A DNA stretch of 64,000 nt from the human T2T-CHM13v2.0 reference genome, Homo sapiens. Each line of letters opens with the position of its first letter. Position 1 is the stretch's first letter. A program made the position numbers and the translations under genes. The notes under the pieces are model-generated. The model worked only from the letters and a program-made list of their open reading frames with translations, was not told the DNA's origin and searched no databases. The stretch lies in assembly GCF_009914755.1 (NCBI RefSeq), contig NC_060926.1; one strand, 5' to 3'. Shown here piece by piece: positions 12,761-28,073 of the stretch.

Positions 12761-15129
12761 ATTCCAGATTGAAACAGAGATATGAGTGATACCCTTATCT
12801 TGCATATTTGTCCTTAGATAATCTTTATAAAGCCTTTTAATACTACAGTCTTATGTAAACTCACAGCCACCTATAAGATGGACTTGCAGCCATTATTATC
12901 TTTGTTTTACAGATAGGGATACTTGCAAGGTCATACAGCTACCAAACAGCACAGCTAAGACTAGAACATAATCCAATTCTTCCTCCTCTATACTATTGCA
13001 TCTACCAGCAGGACTCATGCTTACCTTGAGGAAAAAAAGTAGGCTCTATCTTACCACCACGAACTACCATTGAAATCCAGACAGCATTAGGAGGAAAGGA
13101 AGGTTCTCAATATCCTTTAACCTGACATGCACTATGTCCCTGATAAACAAAGCAAGCCAACATTTAAAAGTAATCTCTGGGCTATGATTCTGCTTACATA
13201 ACCAGCATATCCATAAGGTTATTATGAGAGGTAATTCTTTTTTCTGAAAACATTATACACCAATCTTAACATTCCACTCCCACCAATCTAATAACTGGTA
13301 AAATATGGTAACATATTTTTGAATGTTTTATCCTAAAAAGACATGTAAAAATGTATATTCTTCTCTAAATATGAGTCCTTTACATAATAATTTGTTCTAC
13401 CATTTCATGATAGATAGGTTCATATTTTTCTGGAAGAAGGACATTATTAGGTGCCAAGCTTTCAGAAACCTATACAAGACTCTATGATGGTTTGGAATAT
13501 TGCTAAACAGGAGATAGTAGCTAATTGATGAAAGTTTCTTTGCCATCCTGACAGGAATCTTTATCTGCATATAGAGACTCAAATTCATTTTTAGTTATTT
13601 TCTGATTACCTCCTTACATATATTGGTCTATGATTGCTTCTCTAACTTGATTTGTCTTATTATTTGGAAATTTTGCCCTTTTGTAGCAAATATGAAATCA
13701 AAACAGGTTTTGGATATTGTTACTTCTAGAGACCTGAGATCATTTGTCTCCAATGTAGAGTCTAAGGCATTCTTTTTACTCTTCTTCCTGCTCCCAACAT
13801 AGCTTAAGAAGTCACTTAGGCTGCATTTAGTAACTTTTTTTCAAACTCTCAAATGTATTCTGAGTTTTAATCTTTCTGACATTATTTCTAGATGTTTGTG
13901 TTTCTCTTTTCAATTAGAGATTATTTTTGAGTTTCTTCTTTCTTTTTTTGCGTCTCTTAAAGTGAAAGAGATGAATCAGAAAACTCTTTATACAGCGATA
14001 CTGATTTTTTTTTACTAATGCTTCCTCATTTTCTTTTTTCTTTGAGTTATTTCTTTTTAAATTTCATCTTTTATAGATCTCCAACCCTCAAAATTTGTTC
14101 AAAAAAAGAAGGAAATCTCTTACCCATTACATACCATATTCCATTTTTAGAGTCTCTAAGTTAGAGGTGTATCTGTGTTTTTACTGAAATTTTAGAATTT
14201 CGGTTCTTTCCTAATTTATTACATTTTTTATACCCTTTGAGTTACTGGCAAGAACAAATTAGCCAAGAATATGGCCAAGAATACCTTCATACTACAGAGA
14301 AAATGTAGTGATAAATGGGTTTGACCAGATGTTTTCCTCTTTGGTTTAAGCAAAAAAACTGTGGAAATACTCTTCCCAATCCATACACATTTTGTATAGA
14401 TAATGCCTTGGCAGCACCAAATGGGATGGAAAAGGTCTTTGTAAAAATAAAATGTTATTCAGTGAAGTTTGATTACTATTATTTCTGGCATGCCAATATC
14501 TTAGAATTATTATTTCATGTGGTGGAAAATTTGAAGATATGTATAAAAATTATTAAATTCCAAATACATGCAGACTTGATATCTTTAGGAGCTGGCATTT
14601 TCTGTGCATTAAGGCCTAGCATATTGGTCTTATCAGAAAGCTGAATCCTAATATGAAGAAATAAGCCCCTATCATTGTGGGTTAGTTACCTCAGAAGCTT
14701 ACCAGTTACTATGATGCTAACCAGAGACTAGGTTGCCAACATAAAGGCTGCTTCTACCAGAGTCACTCTACCCAGTGGTAGACAAGGAACTAGAACCTTG
14801 ACAAGGAGAAATTCATTTTATTATGGTGAGATCCTTTGTGTACTCAGTATGGTAATTCCAGACAAGCTTGTTAGAAGATTCCGATCTATTTATTTCATCA
14901 TGCAATACCTTCACTAGAAAATATTAATAAAAGCAACATATTAGGGCCTCATAAGACCTGTTCCTATTTCTCTCATTCCAGAATCAATAACATGCATGAC
15001 TGTGTGTTCCTAACTCATCCTGGAATGATAGCGACAACCACATGAACCAACTTTTTTCCTCTTTAGAATTTATGAAGCACCTTACATGTGCTGTCTAATT
15101 CAATCCTCAGAACAGTGCTACCAGGCAGA

Positions 15130-15503
15130 TGATATGGTTTGGTTGTGTCCCCACCCAAATCTCATCTTGAATTGTAATCCTCATAATCCCCACATGTCAA
15201 AGGAGGGAGATGGTGGGAGGTGGTTAGGTCATGGGGGTGGTTTCCCCCATGCTGTTCTCGTGATAGTGAGTGAGTTCTCACTAGATCTGATGGTTTCATG
15301 AGAGCTCTTTCCCTTTCACTTTCTACATGAGCTGTCTCGTCTGCTGCCATGCAAGACGTTCCTGCTTCCCCTTCTACTATAATTGTAAGTTTCCTGAGGC
15401 CTCCCCAGCCTTGCAGAACTGTGAGTCAATTAAACCTCCTTTCTTTATAAATTACCCAGTCTTGGGTAGTATCTTTATAGCAGTGTAAAAACAGACTAAT
15501 ACA
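15130..15503 (+). mobile_element. Solo THE1D-like LTR (MaLR) nested in a MIR
   Basis: 'tgatatggtttggttgtgtccccacccaaatctcatcttgaattgtaatc' ... 'gactaataca'; diverged TSD GCAGA/GTAGG; MIR-like sequence on both flanks ('aatcctcagaac' / 'ttttacagatgagaaaa'). Confidence 0.93.
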
Positions 15504-16104
15504 GTAGGTGTAACTATTTCAATTTTACAGATGAGAAAAATCTTTGAAGGTCAATTACTTGCTTCAAGTGAAAGGCTAGGTAGTGACATCAGTGAACCAG
15601 AACATCAGTGAAGGCAGATCTCCTTCAATTTTAAACACATCATGTATTCTTTTTGTTATGTTGCAACTATGAGAAAATCTGTGGCTTCTTTAAAAATTCC
15701 ATCAGAGGATTCAAAGAAGAGATAGAGGCAGAGGTTAATGGTAGCTTAGGTCTGGAATAAGTGGTATTAGATGAGAGTAAACCTAAATAGCAAGGTCCTC
15801 AACTGGAAAAAATTTAAAGAACTATTGTACAGGAGGATCCCATGATAAGAACCCTCCAATGACAAGAAATGTCAGTGGCTCCAGCTCTAGAAATCGCCTT
15901 TACTCTCAATTGGGATGAACTCTAAGAAGAAATTAAAAGACTAATTAGGAACTTTGGCTGCTGAGACATAGTTCCTTGGGCATAAATGGAGAAAGACATC
16001 AGATGATGAGAAAAGCAAAGAAAAAAATTCAGTAGTTTACAGTCATTATATTAGACAAGAAAGACAAAAGCTTTCCAATGTCATATCTTTATTTCTTTAG
16101 TGAA

Positions 16105-16365
16105 CTACATTTCTGTTTGCCAAATATTCTTGTTTCCCTCCCTGCAATGTTCATCACTGCAGAACCCTTCCTGTGGGAAGATTATACATTCCCTGCCTAT
16201 TGCACTTGAAAGTGATTGTGAAACTTGGTTTGACCAATGAAGTGAGAACAGAAGTGAGTGTGTGTGTTATGAGTGCAAGCTTTAAGAGCCAGCTCATGCT
16301 TTGCCATGTGTCTTTTCTCTTCTTCAAGAACAGCAACATCCTGAGCAGCAACAGCTCCAATCTAT
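16105..16365 (+). mobile_element. Truncated MLT1 (I/J-like) LTR fragment
   Basis: 'tttgaccaatgaagtgagaacagaagtga...gctttaagagccagctcatgctttgccatg'. Confidence 0.6.
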
Positions 16366-16409
16366 CTATTAAGGCTTGGCAGATTAGTCTTATCAGAAAG
16401 CTGAATCTT

Positions 16410-16946
<537 letters not shown>

Positions 16947-16969
16947 AGAAAGCTGAATCTTAATGATAC

Positions 16970-17850
16970 AGTGTGCCTGAGTCAATCCTGGGACCCCTCT
17001 CCATTACATTCTCTACAATTATATCCTAGGTAATCTCATTCAGTTCCATGACTTCAAATACTAACCACAAATGAACAACTTGTGAACCTCATAAAGGTGA
17101 TCTTCAGCATCAGCTGCTCCTCTGAATTCCAGGCTCATGTATTCAACCTCTCCTCTTACATGTCAAATAACGACCTCAAACTTAACATGAGAAAACCTAC
17201 CATGTGAATTTCTGTCAAGTCTTCTATTATCATCATATTTTCTTTATCAGTATAGAAATTTCCTTTCTCTCAATGTTTACACAAAAACCTTGAGATCATC
17301 CATGCCTCATCTCTTTTCTCACGAGCCATATCCCATAGGCAAACTGTGTGAACTCTACCTTCCAGTCATACCCAGAGTCTGACTGTCTCCACCTTTATCA
17401 CTAGAGTCTCAACCATCTCAGTCTCTCATCTGGATTATTGCAATAGGCTCCTACTGAAACCCTTCCACCTGGTTTTTAGGCACTGTATACTCCACACATG
17501 GGAGCCAATGGGATCATTTGAAAATAGAAGTTAAATCATCTCACTCATCTGAACTCAAAAGATAAACTCCATATTCATTATCCTACCCTTCTCTTAACCT
17601 CTTGTTCTCCTTCACGTTTTCTTTTTCTTCTAGGATCTTATCTTTCATCCTGTCCTTCATCACTACCCTCCACATTGGCCTCCTTTCTGATCCTCAAATA
17701 AGAGAGGCATGCTGCCACCCCAGGCATTGCATTTGCTTTTCTTCCTGGAAAAGGTTATTCCCAAGCTATCTGCACACTTTAATTCAAGTGTCTACTGAAA
17801 TATCATCTTACCAGAAGTCCTTCCTTGAGCACATTATACAAAATAGCATT
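16970..17850 (+). mobile_element. L2 LINE fragment
   Basis: L2 RT-region remnant 'tcctgggacccctctcc...ctaggtaatctcattcagttccatgacttcaaatac', 'ctggattattgcaatagg', 'ccccaggcattgcatttgct'. Confidence 0.75.
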
Positions 17851-18699
17851 TAATCTTCCGGGGAGAATTCCCTGGCTGAGTGTGGAAGCATGCTGCATGT
17901 GATTTGGGCTGGTCACTGCCAAGACAGGGTGAGTCTGAGCTGGCATGGAACCACCCCTCATAGCTTCAGCTGAAATCAGGAGTGGGCCACATGGATGTGA
18001 AACACACCCTAGAAGCATTGATTAGCGTTGACATGGAGATATGATGACAAGTTTTTGCCCAGTTAAATGAAAATTTGTTTATAGATGAAAGCAATTAACT
18101 GATGAGGCTACTAAATGAGACTTGGAGAAAAATGATTACTGACTGAGGCAATTATTATAAACTAATTGACTAATGAGGACTAATTCTAGCAATTTTACTA
18201 AGGTATAATGAGGTCATTTCCCTAACTTCCTCATAAATTTTATTATTTTGTAAGCCATTGCCACCCATACTGTTTTTGTTGTTTTATTTTGTATTTTTTG
18301 AATTTAGATTTATGTGTTTAAATTTTAAAAAGATAAATGCTTTATATAAAAAAGCTATAGGAAGCTATAAAGAAATGAAAACTTCACCATATTTCTTATC
18401 CTGCTGACAGAAGTTAAAAAAAAATATTGTACTTTGGTGTGTAAACTTTCAGATTTTAAAATTTTTCTGTTTGAATGAACATTTACTTATACATAATATT
18501 TAAAATAAACTATATCAACTGTTCACTAACTCATTTTTCGCAAATGCAATATACATTAGGTCCTCTTCCATCACTACAATAGATTCCTCATTATTTTTAA
18601 CAGCTGTATAGTATTCAATTACACAAAAATTCTTTAACTGATTCCTCTAATAAACATTTAAATAATTTATAATTCTTTATTATTAAGAATGATGCTTAA

Positions 18700-19822
18700 A
18701 CACCAAAACGATAAAAAGCAAAGTGTGGTGTTCCACATACGTACTACACAGATTCTGGTTTTGAAATGTTACTCTCCACTAAATGGAGCCAGGGCTCCTC
18801 AGAAAAATGGCTGATTCCACAGCTGGGACAATGAGAATGAGCCTGAACCATCTTGTATCAGAAACTAGGAAAGTGTCCTAAAAATGATCAAGCTATGTCA
18901 AAGGGACATGTAAGCTAACTTAAAGCAGTCTCATTTGCTATATCTGATATAATTTGAGCACCAAAAAATTATATCTTAATAAATATTGTATTTGTTAATA
19001 TTATGTTAATAAATCCTCATAGAATATTTTTTCTTGAATTAAATTAAAATCCATTATTCCATACTAACACAAAGAAAAAAATAGATAAAAAATGAGAATC
19101 TTTCTTATAGAAAGTAAACAAATAAATGTAGAAGAAATGGTGGAATTAGAAAATCTGTATTTGGCAATCATCATACTAATAATTGATCTAGGTATACATC
19201 ATTATAGGATACTAAAATGATTAGGTGAAAGTTTGAGGGGTACCCAAATATTTGTATCTTTCAACATATACCCATAAATACTTATAAATTAAAAAGAGAA
19301 AAATGGCGTGTTTACACTAGAAAAACCTATTGAGCAATTCTTCAACCAAGTGATCACAGGAAACACCACCGGTAAAAGCACAAAACAGTAGCATGTGCCC
19401 CCTGGTATCATGGACCAAAGAAAACACTACATGACTTCTGGAGTATTCCTGCCAAAATGCCTGATATGAGCCTAATCATGAGAAAACATCAGATTAACCC
19501 AAAGGTAGAGAAAAGCTACAAAATAACTGCTCTGGACTTTTTAAAAAATGGCAACATCATGACACACAAAGAAAGACAGAGCTCTTCCAGATTAAATGAA
19601 ACTAAAGAGACAAGACAATGAATACAGTCTGTAGCCTTCTTTGCTATGAAGGACATTACTGGGACAATTGAAGAACTCTGAATACGTTCTCTAGAAAAAT
19701 ATCATATCAATATTAATTTCTTAATTTTGATAAATGTATTAAGAATATGTAACAATATCCTAGAGTTTTAGGAAATACACAGTGAAGTATTTAGGGGTAA
19801 AGAGTATCCTGTATAGGAGAAA

Positions 19823-19862
<40 letters not shown>

Positions 19863-19990
19863 AGAGAAAGAGAAGAATAAAGCAAATGTTACGAAATGTT
19901 AACATTTGAGCATTCCGAGTAAAAGGTATATTCTTGAGTTATTCTTGAAATCCTTCTATAAATCTCAGATTATTCCAATCATAAAAGTTG
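18700..19990 (+). mobile_element. L1MC/L1MD-type 3'UTR fragment
   Basis: 'ccagggctcctcagaaaaatggctgattcc', 'gtattcctgccaaaatgc', 'aaggacattactgggacaattg', 'aggaaatacacagtgaagtatttaggggtaaa'. Confidence 0.75.
19825..19860. repeat. (GT)18 microsatellite
   Basis: Directly visible. Confidence 0.98.
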
Positions 19991-21499
19991 TAAGCAGTAT
20001 TCTAGTGAACAAGAATGTATAGGAATATTTTTATCATTCTAAAGGGATTACTGTAAGATTAATTCCAAGGAGTGGAATCAAAGAATGTACCTACTTTAGA
20101 TTTTGAGAGATACGGACAAAATTCTTCTCTTTTACCTCCATGTATCATTTGACAATCCACAAATGACACAGGATATAGTGTATTTTCTGATACCTCAACA
20201 TCAAAAACCACTGTCATTCTTTTGAATGCAAGTCTGATAAGAAATGAGATCTCACTGATGTTTGGGTTTGCATTCCTTTGATTAGTGGTGAGATTGAACA
20301 TCTTTTTATATATTCAATAACCATTTAAATCTCATTCTCTTTAAAGTAAAGTTCATATACTTTAATATTTCAAATGTTTTTTTAATCATTTACAAGAGTT
20401 ATTATATTAAGGACACTAAGTAAGGAATTAATACTGGATGTAAATGTTTCCATTCGTTTATCCTTTGTCTTTGACTTTTTAGTAGTGTTTCACAACTTCA
20501 TGTAATCAAATAAATCATTTCCATATGGATTCAGGATTTCATGTCATCCTTAGAAAAGTGCTCTTCATCCCCACGAGTATAAGTTTTTCTCCTATAGTTT
20601 TTTTCCTGGACCTTTCATTATTATTTAACATTTAAATTCACCAAAGCTATTTATTTTGCTTTCTAGATGATTATTAAAATCTATTTTGGTGGATGATAAA
20701 CTGAATTTATACATTTTTTAAAAACTTCAAAACTTTTTTAAAGTTTTATGTTAATAGAAAATAATAAAAATCTGTAAGTCAAATGCTGAACATGGCCTAC
20801 ATAAAACAATTGTGTTATGGAGTAGGTCAAGTTCTCTAGCTTGCTAAAGATTTATGAATTATTTGGATTCCAAGAACAGATTTGGTAGATTATCCCTCAT
20901 CCCAGTTTTATTCTAACAGTTGATAGGATGTGTAGGAAAAAACTGCTGTCAAATTTCCCAAATAAGCTCCCTTTCCCAGAAATAATATCTTAGGGTAAAT
21001 ATCTGTCTGGGGAGAATCAAGTTGCTTTCTGTTTAGCTGGGGCTGGCAGGAAGTGTCAGTCCCTTTGATCCCTTGAAAGCATATGGGCCTGTGGGCTGCC
21101 ATTCTCTTGAAGAATCTTGTCATTCCCTGTCAATCCATATTAGACAAGGATGGTGTTTTGTAACAGTTTGTCTCCTTCAAGGTGATTTAGTTATTTTCTG
21201 CCAAGATTATGCTAGAGGATGTCATTACTTTTGTCCTGTCTGTCTCATTACTTTTATTGCCAGAGAATGTTGTCGTTTATTTTCACTGATAATCCATCTC
21301 TCCTAAAAGCTTCATTTTTACATTAAAGAACATAGAAATAAGATTTCTGCCCTTATTCTTTGAAGATGCTGTCACAAGTAAACAATAAAGAACCTTAAGA
21401 AAAAAGGATATTAAAAGTATCAACGTGTTGTGAGTGGAATATTTTTAAAAAGAAAAGAGCAACTATATAAGCATTCAATTACTCGCAGTTGAATGCTTT

Positions 21500-21730
21500 G
21501 GATCACAGCATGTTGGTTAAAAGGAATACTTTGGGCTCAGCCATTGTTAGCTGAGTAACGATGAAAGTGTATTATCATGCTCTTAAAGCTCTCTTCCCTT
21601 ATTTGTAAAATAGAAATAACAACAGTACTATGTCCTAGTGTTGTTATGAAGATTTATTTAAATAAATACATGGAAAATATTACCATACTACTTGGCATAT
21701 ATTAAGAACTTAAAGAGCACTAAGTGTTGT
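21500..21730 (+). mobile_element. MIR SINE
   Basis: 'agcatgttggttaaaagg...ttccccttatttgtaaaatagaaataacaacagtac...gttgttatgaagatt' MIR-like. Confidence 0.65.
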
Positions 21731-22754
21731 CATCATAAACAGCATCATCAAATAATAGGATTATAAAATAACATCCCTCGCTTAGTCCCGAACACCATTG
21801 CCTATGGTATGCACATGCCCTTGAACTGGCTACCAACAGATCGTGATGAAACTAAAGGCTTCTCGTTAATTTATGAATCATCATAACAATGAAATCTATA
21901 TAGCAATTATAGAGTGAAGTATTTTTAATAAGATCACTTTAGTTAAGTCAGGCCCCTCCCTAAAATATTTTTTATTTTTAGATAATTGGACACTATTTTG
22001 CCATAATTTTACCAAAATATTTTAGATAATATTTTACCATAATTGCCTCTCTAGATGAAGAGGTTTGTCATAGACTAAACATAAATAAAGACTTCTCTTC
22101 CACAGTACCTGTGTCATTTGGGGGACCACTTTGGAAAAAGTGGCTGCCTGAGGCCTCTGATTCAGACCTCGGACAGCTCCTGACACAACCCCTAAATCTT
22201 TCGACCAATGACTCCCTAACTCCTTTTACTCTCCCTTTTGTCCAGCTCTCCCCGCTCTAATATTCCTCCTCATACTCCCTGCCATTTAGTTTAGAATAAT
22301 TCTATGTTTACTCCTATTCTTCTAGTCTTCCTTTTTAATATACTGTATATTTCACATCTTGGAGCAAAATTCAAATTGCCAGGAAATAGACACTGTATGA
22401 TATGTTAAAGAATAAGCTAAATAAATGTGGCACAAAATATAAGAAACGAGGAGAAAATAAACATGAAAAATAGGATACTTAAATATTTATAAAACTTAAA
22501 ACTAACTTCTTTGTCTAATCCCATCAGTAACATTAGAATTACTGGACCAATATATTCAGAAGTGTTAACAGATATATTACAGCTTTATTTAACATGATCA
22601 GGTAACTCATGATATTCTTGGAGACAGTGGATAGACATTGACTAAACAGAGATTCTGATAGATACATTCATTGGCAGTTGAATTGCTCTGCTCAATGTGT
22701 GCTGATTAATGGACTGATAAAGACAAGGTTCTAAAGAAGAACAACAATTAAAAT

Positions 22755-24610
22755 GTATGCATATTTTAAAATGTATTGATGTATGACTAAGATTCAGTGA
22801 AATGTACAGATTTTAAGGATATTGTTCAGTTTTAACAAATGCATGCACCTTATGTAACCCACACACCTCTCAAAATATAGAGTATTTCTATCTCTTGAGG
22901 ATGTTCCCTCCATGCATTTGCCCAGTCTTTCTCTCCCACCCAGAAAGAACACTATTCTGATTTCTATTATCATAGATTAATTTCATAGAACTTCATTTAA
23001 CATACAATATGCACTTTGGGGATGCTGGCTTCCTTCACTCAGCATAATGTTTTTGAGATGCATCAATATTGCAGACTGTGCCACTAATTTAATACTTTTT
23101 TGCTAACTAGTATTCTATTGTATGAATATACCAATTTATCCATTCTCCTATTGATGGACTCCTGCGCCTGGGCCATTTCCCTCTTGAATTAATTTTTGTG
23201 TATGATATGGGGTAGGTAGAGATAGGCATGTTCATTTTTTTTCCCACGTGAATATCCAAATGTTTCTACACCATTGGTTGAAAAACATTACTCCCTATAG
23301 AATTGGTTTGGGTTTTGGCACCAAATCATTTGACCACACAGACGGGTGTATTGACAACTTGTATTCTGTACCATTAATCAATCATTTATATTTTGACCAA
23401 TATTACACTTTTTAACTCTGTACCTTTATACAAGTCTTGAAATTAAGTTGTGTAAACTTTTCCACTTTTAAGATGATTTTAGCTATTCTAGGTTCTTTAA
23501 ATTTTCCATACAAATTTTAGAATCTGCTTGTCAATTTTTCAAAAAGTCTTACATTATTTATATTGAGATTTCATTGAATGTATAGATCAATTTGGGAAGA
23601 ATGTTTAGTCTTCCCATCCAAGAACATGGTATATCTTTTTTCATTATTTAGGTCTGCTTTAGTTGAACTCAACAGTGCTTAGTAGTTTTTAGTGCAGAGT
23701 TCTGAACATTTTCTGTTAACATAAAGAATTTTATGTTGTTGGATGCTACTGTAAATGATACTTTTTTTTAGTTTCCTTTTTCAATTGTTCCCTACTATTC
23801 TAGAGAAAAATACTTCACTTCTGTACACTGATGTTGGATTCTCAGCGTATTAAATTTACTTACTTTTAGTTGGTTTTTGGAAAATTTTTAGGTTTTTCTG
23901 TACAGAATCATATAATCTGAAATAGTTTTTTACATTTTCTTCCAATCTTGTGTCATTTTTTTTTCTTGCCTCACTGCATTGACTAGAACTTCTATCTAGC
24001 ACAATATTGAATAGAAGTGGGGGTGGGGAAAGTTTTAATATTTCAACACTAAAGAGTAGGCTTTTCATAAGTGCATTCCAACATATGAATGATTTTTTCA
24101 TTTACTTCTAATTTTCTGTGAATTTTTTATATGAATAGGTGCTGAATTTTATCAAATACAGGTTCTGCTTGTGTTATAATGATTGTGGGTTTTTTTCTGC
24201 TTTGATCTTTTACAACGTAATCTGAATTACATTGATTCTTGAATGTCAAGAGAATCTTGCATTTATATGCTAAATCCCACGTGGTCATGATATATTGTGG
24301 TCCTAGTATATTACTTAATTTGATGTACTAATATTTTATTAACATTTCTTGCATCTATGGCTGAGAGATAATTGGTTTACAATTTTTTTCTCATAGTAAT
24401 TTTATCTGATTTTCATAATGGCATTATTTGGCCTCAAAAATAAACTGAAAATTATCTTTTATTCCTCTATTTTCTGAAAAGGTTTGTATAACTTTGATAT
24501 TATTTTGTAACTAAATTTTTGATGGAACTCACCAGTGAAACGATTTGGGCCAGGAGTTTTCTTTGTGGGAATGTTTTTGTTAAAAATTCAATCTCTATAG
24601 CAGATATGGG
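22755..24610 (-). mobile_element. Old L1M (L1MC/ME-like) 3'UTR and ORF2 fragments
   Basis: Antisense L1 motifs: 'ccttcactcagcataatgtttttgagat', 'tttccatacaaattttagaatctgcttgtc', 'gaatgtatagatcaatttggga', 'ggaactcaccagtgaaac'. Confidence 0.8.
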
Positions 24611-24612
24611 GA

Positions 24613-24993
24613 ATATTAGTTATTTATTGCAGTGTGGCAAATCATACCTAAAACTTAGCAGCCTACAAGAATGAGAATTTATTAACTCTCAGTAGGTCAG
24701 GAATCCCAGAGCAGCTTTACTAAATTACAGGGTGGTTTTAACCCAGAATCTTTCATAAGGTTTCAGTTAATCTGTCAGCTGAAGCTGTAGTCATCTAAAG
24801 ATTTAGCAGGATAAACCACTTCAAATTCGCTCACATGAGCTTTGGCAGGCCTCAATACATTGCTGGTCTTAAACTGGTAACCTCAATTCCTTCCCATATG
24901 AGCTTCTCTATGAGCTACCTAACTGTTCTCACAACATGGCAGCTGGCTTCTTGTGGAGTAAGTGTTCCAAGAGAGAGAAACAGAGAGAGAGAA

Positions 24994-25029
<36 letters not shown>

Positions 25030-25165
25030 ACCAAGATAGAGACCATAGTGTCTTTCATAAATGAACCTCAGAAGTAACATGCCATACTTTCTGTTGTAAT
25101 CCCTTGGTCATACAGATCAACCCTGGTAAAATGGGAGGGCAAAATACAAGGTGTGAATATCAGTA
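24613..25165 (-). mobile_element. MLT1 (F/G-like) LTR with internal (GA)n at ~24970-25024
   Basis: 'tattagttatttattgcagtgtggcaaatcatacctaaaacttagc', 'gtcaggaatc', 'acaacatggcagctggctt', 'caaggtgtgaatatcag'. Confidence 0.75.
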
Positions 25166-27594
25166 TTGCTAACTACACAAATGAACACAATCTTAAGCAA
25201 GAGAAAAAAATACCCTTCAGAACAAGAAAGTATTGGTGCCAATAATATCTGCTACATATTGGAAGTATTATACTCCTTTCTGACACTAATAAAAAGAAGC
25301 CTTGGCAAACTGAAGCAGGCAGGCAAGAAACAGTCAACAAATATTGAGTGTTTATTAAATGCCAAATGAAAAATGGTAGTTACAAATGGTTGAAAAAGCT
25401 GAAAACTGGCATATTCTTTGACCTACTAATCCTACCTTTAGAAATTTATCCTGGGAAAATAATACTTAGAAAAGCACACAAAGAGTTGTATGCAAAGAGT
25501 CTTTGCAGTGTTGTTGTTTAGCAAAGTAAACTATGCAAAGAACTTACATGTTCAAAAGTAGAAAACTGTTCAATTAAATTAATATTTGTACCTATCAAAA
25601 TTATTTTCTAAAAGGATATTCACTGACAAAATAAAATGTTTTTTATTTGTTTTAAGTAAAATAAAAACAAGTCACGAAATAGAGTATTTACAGAGTGATC
25701 CTATAGTAAGAAATACGTATTTATTTAAAAAGTCTAGATACAATATCATTATTCAAAACCTTTTTAAATTATTCCACAGTGGACATTTACAGTTTTAGCT
25801 TACCCAGGATCTATTTCTCCCTCTCCTATTAACAAGATCCAGACTGTCCACTGATCCCTTTCTTATCTTCTGTCCACTGATTGGGTAAAATGAATTAAAA
25901 CCCAAGATTAACAAACAATCATTGTATTCTCAATCACAAATATTGATTGAGGGATGGAATTAAGAGTCAATTCCCAGTCATTTGTTTGAATTTAAGCTTG
26001 AAGTAAGAATGGCCATGTTGCTGCTGCCTGGAAGCCAAGATGTGGAGAGAGGCCTTAAGACATCATTTGACCCTGTATCCGTAGCCAAGCCTGGGTGTCC
26101 TCACCCCACTCAGGCTCTCACACCTGTGCTAGGTCATCACTCTTCTCTCCACCACATACACTCCTATCTTAATTGGCTCCATTCAGTGGCTTTTGGGCTG
26201 AATAAGGAAGAAAGGATAGAAACAAAGGAGGGATAGATGAACACAGGAGGAAAGAAGAAAGCTTAGGTTTCTTCTTTATTTTTTAAAGATAGCTATGTAA
26301 GAAATTAGAAAAAAAATTATTTTACACAAATGAAGACAGATACAAAGGAAACCATACTATTGTCTTCAAACAGGTTCAGAACTCATCTATAGAAACAAAA
26401 ACAACTATTGTGCACTCCATAGTATAAATTACAAGGTGACATAATTTGCTTCAATATATGTATGCAGCATAATATTTTAACAATTTGAGCTGGATACAGA
26501 TAAAATGGGATGCCTTACAGGATTATAAACCCCTTGTAACTGGAAATATTCAAGCAGAGAATAGATAAAAATTATCAGAGTTTTATATAGGAGCTTCATT
26601 CCTACTTTAAAAGAAAGGCAGAACAAATGACAATTAAATTCGTTAGCCTGGGTAGGTAACTAATTTGGGGTGTCTGGGCTTTTATTTATCTTTTTGTTTT
26701 TAAATATAATAAAGTAGTCCATACACAGCACACTTTTAAACATAACTCTAGAGATGTCTGAAAGAGGATATTTGAGGAAAGCGTTACACAGTGTTTTCTA
26801 GTAGCTAAAATAATTAGGCTCTGATCTTTTTACAACTCAGAACAATCAGTAGTCGTAGTCAGGGCATTAAATAAAAACAACTTAGTGGGACAAACAGTTC
26901 CCTTTTGAAAAATAAAACTACTCTGAATTACACCGAGAAGAGAAATTTCCCTTGGATAAAATTTAAGACATTATATAACATATTAAGAAAAGAAAAACAT
27001 TTTATTTTTATCAGCATGGGATTCAAGAGTGTTTTTTATGAAAACCTGAGCATGACAAAGAGTAAAAAAGCAAAAAATATTTATAAATATCTAAACCATC
27101 ACAATTTAGCTAATGGAATAAAATACTGGGTCTATATGGAATAAATTTTACACATGAGTGTTTATTCATTTAAACAATGAACGTTTTGATAGAAATATTT
27201 TTACAAATGTATAGGCAGATTTGTCACTTTCCTGCCTTTTTAGACAGAGACTACAAAAATAGCATTTTAAAGTGGCATGATGACCCACACAGCTGTAATA
27301 TGCTCAACTAAAGAGCCTAAAAAACCTATACAATTATCACTTTATACTCAACTTATGTTGTATATATAAGTTGATGCCCTTAGAGTCTGATGAAGCAAAT
27401 ATATATCACCCTACATTAGTATCCCATTGATGTGTGTTTTGACTAGCAGTGCCTCCATTTTAAGCTTTTTTTTTCTTTTTTTGCTTTTTCTCTTAATATC
27501 AGACTCCAATTTGTCATTCTTCAATGCTGCTAATAGGATTATCTCTAGCAGCCTTTTTCCTCATATCAAATTTGCTTTTTATCTGCTGCTGGTT

Positions 27595-28073
27595 GCTCCC
27601 CCCAGTTTTAGTGAGGTATCACTGACAAATAAAAGTTGCATATATTTAAGATACACAAGGTGATGTTTGATATATATGTATACATTGTGAAATTATTACC
27701 ACAATCAAGCTAAGTAACATATCCATCACCTCACAAATCATCTCCACTGAGGGTTGCATATGTGGTAAGAACACTTAACAATCTACTCTCTCAACAAATT
27801 TCAACTATACTATATTATTCAGCCTTAAAAAAAGAAGAAAATTTTACCAATTTGGATATTATGCTAAGTGAAATAATCCAGACACAGAAAGACAAATATG
27901 GCATTGTGTCGCTTAATGTGGAATTTAAAGAAATTGAAGTCATAGAAACAGAAAGTGGAATGATTGTCAGGGGCCAGGAGTGGGGAAAATGGCAAAAATT
28001 TTGTCAATGGGTGCAAACTTTCAGTTATAAGATAAATAAGGTCTGGAGATCTAATATATAGCACGATGACTAC
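27595..28073 (-). mobile_element. L1MA (L1MA9-like) 3' end with 5' inversion
   Basis: 27595-27810 is antisense L1 3' terminus; 27811-28073 is sense 3'UTR ('atgctaagtgaaataatccagacacagaaagacaaata'). Flanking direct repeat CTGCTGCTG at 27583-27591 and 28074-28082. Confidence 0.8.

Noticed and set aside
17860-18250. Moderately GC-rich block with repeated ACTGA/TAATT motifs, possibly an LTR remnant or enhancer
   Set aside because: Could not assign a family or structure from sequence alone; needs a Dfam search
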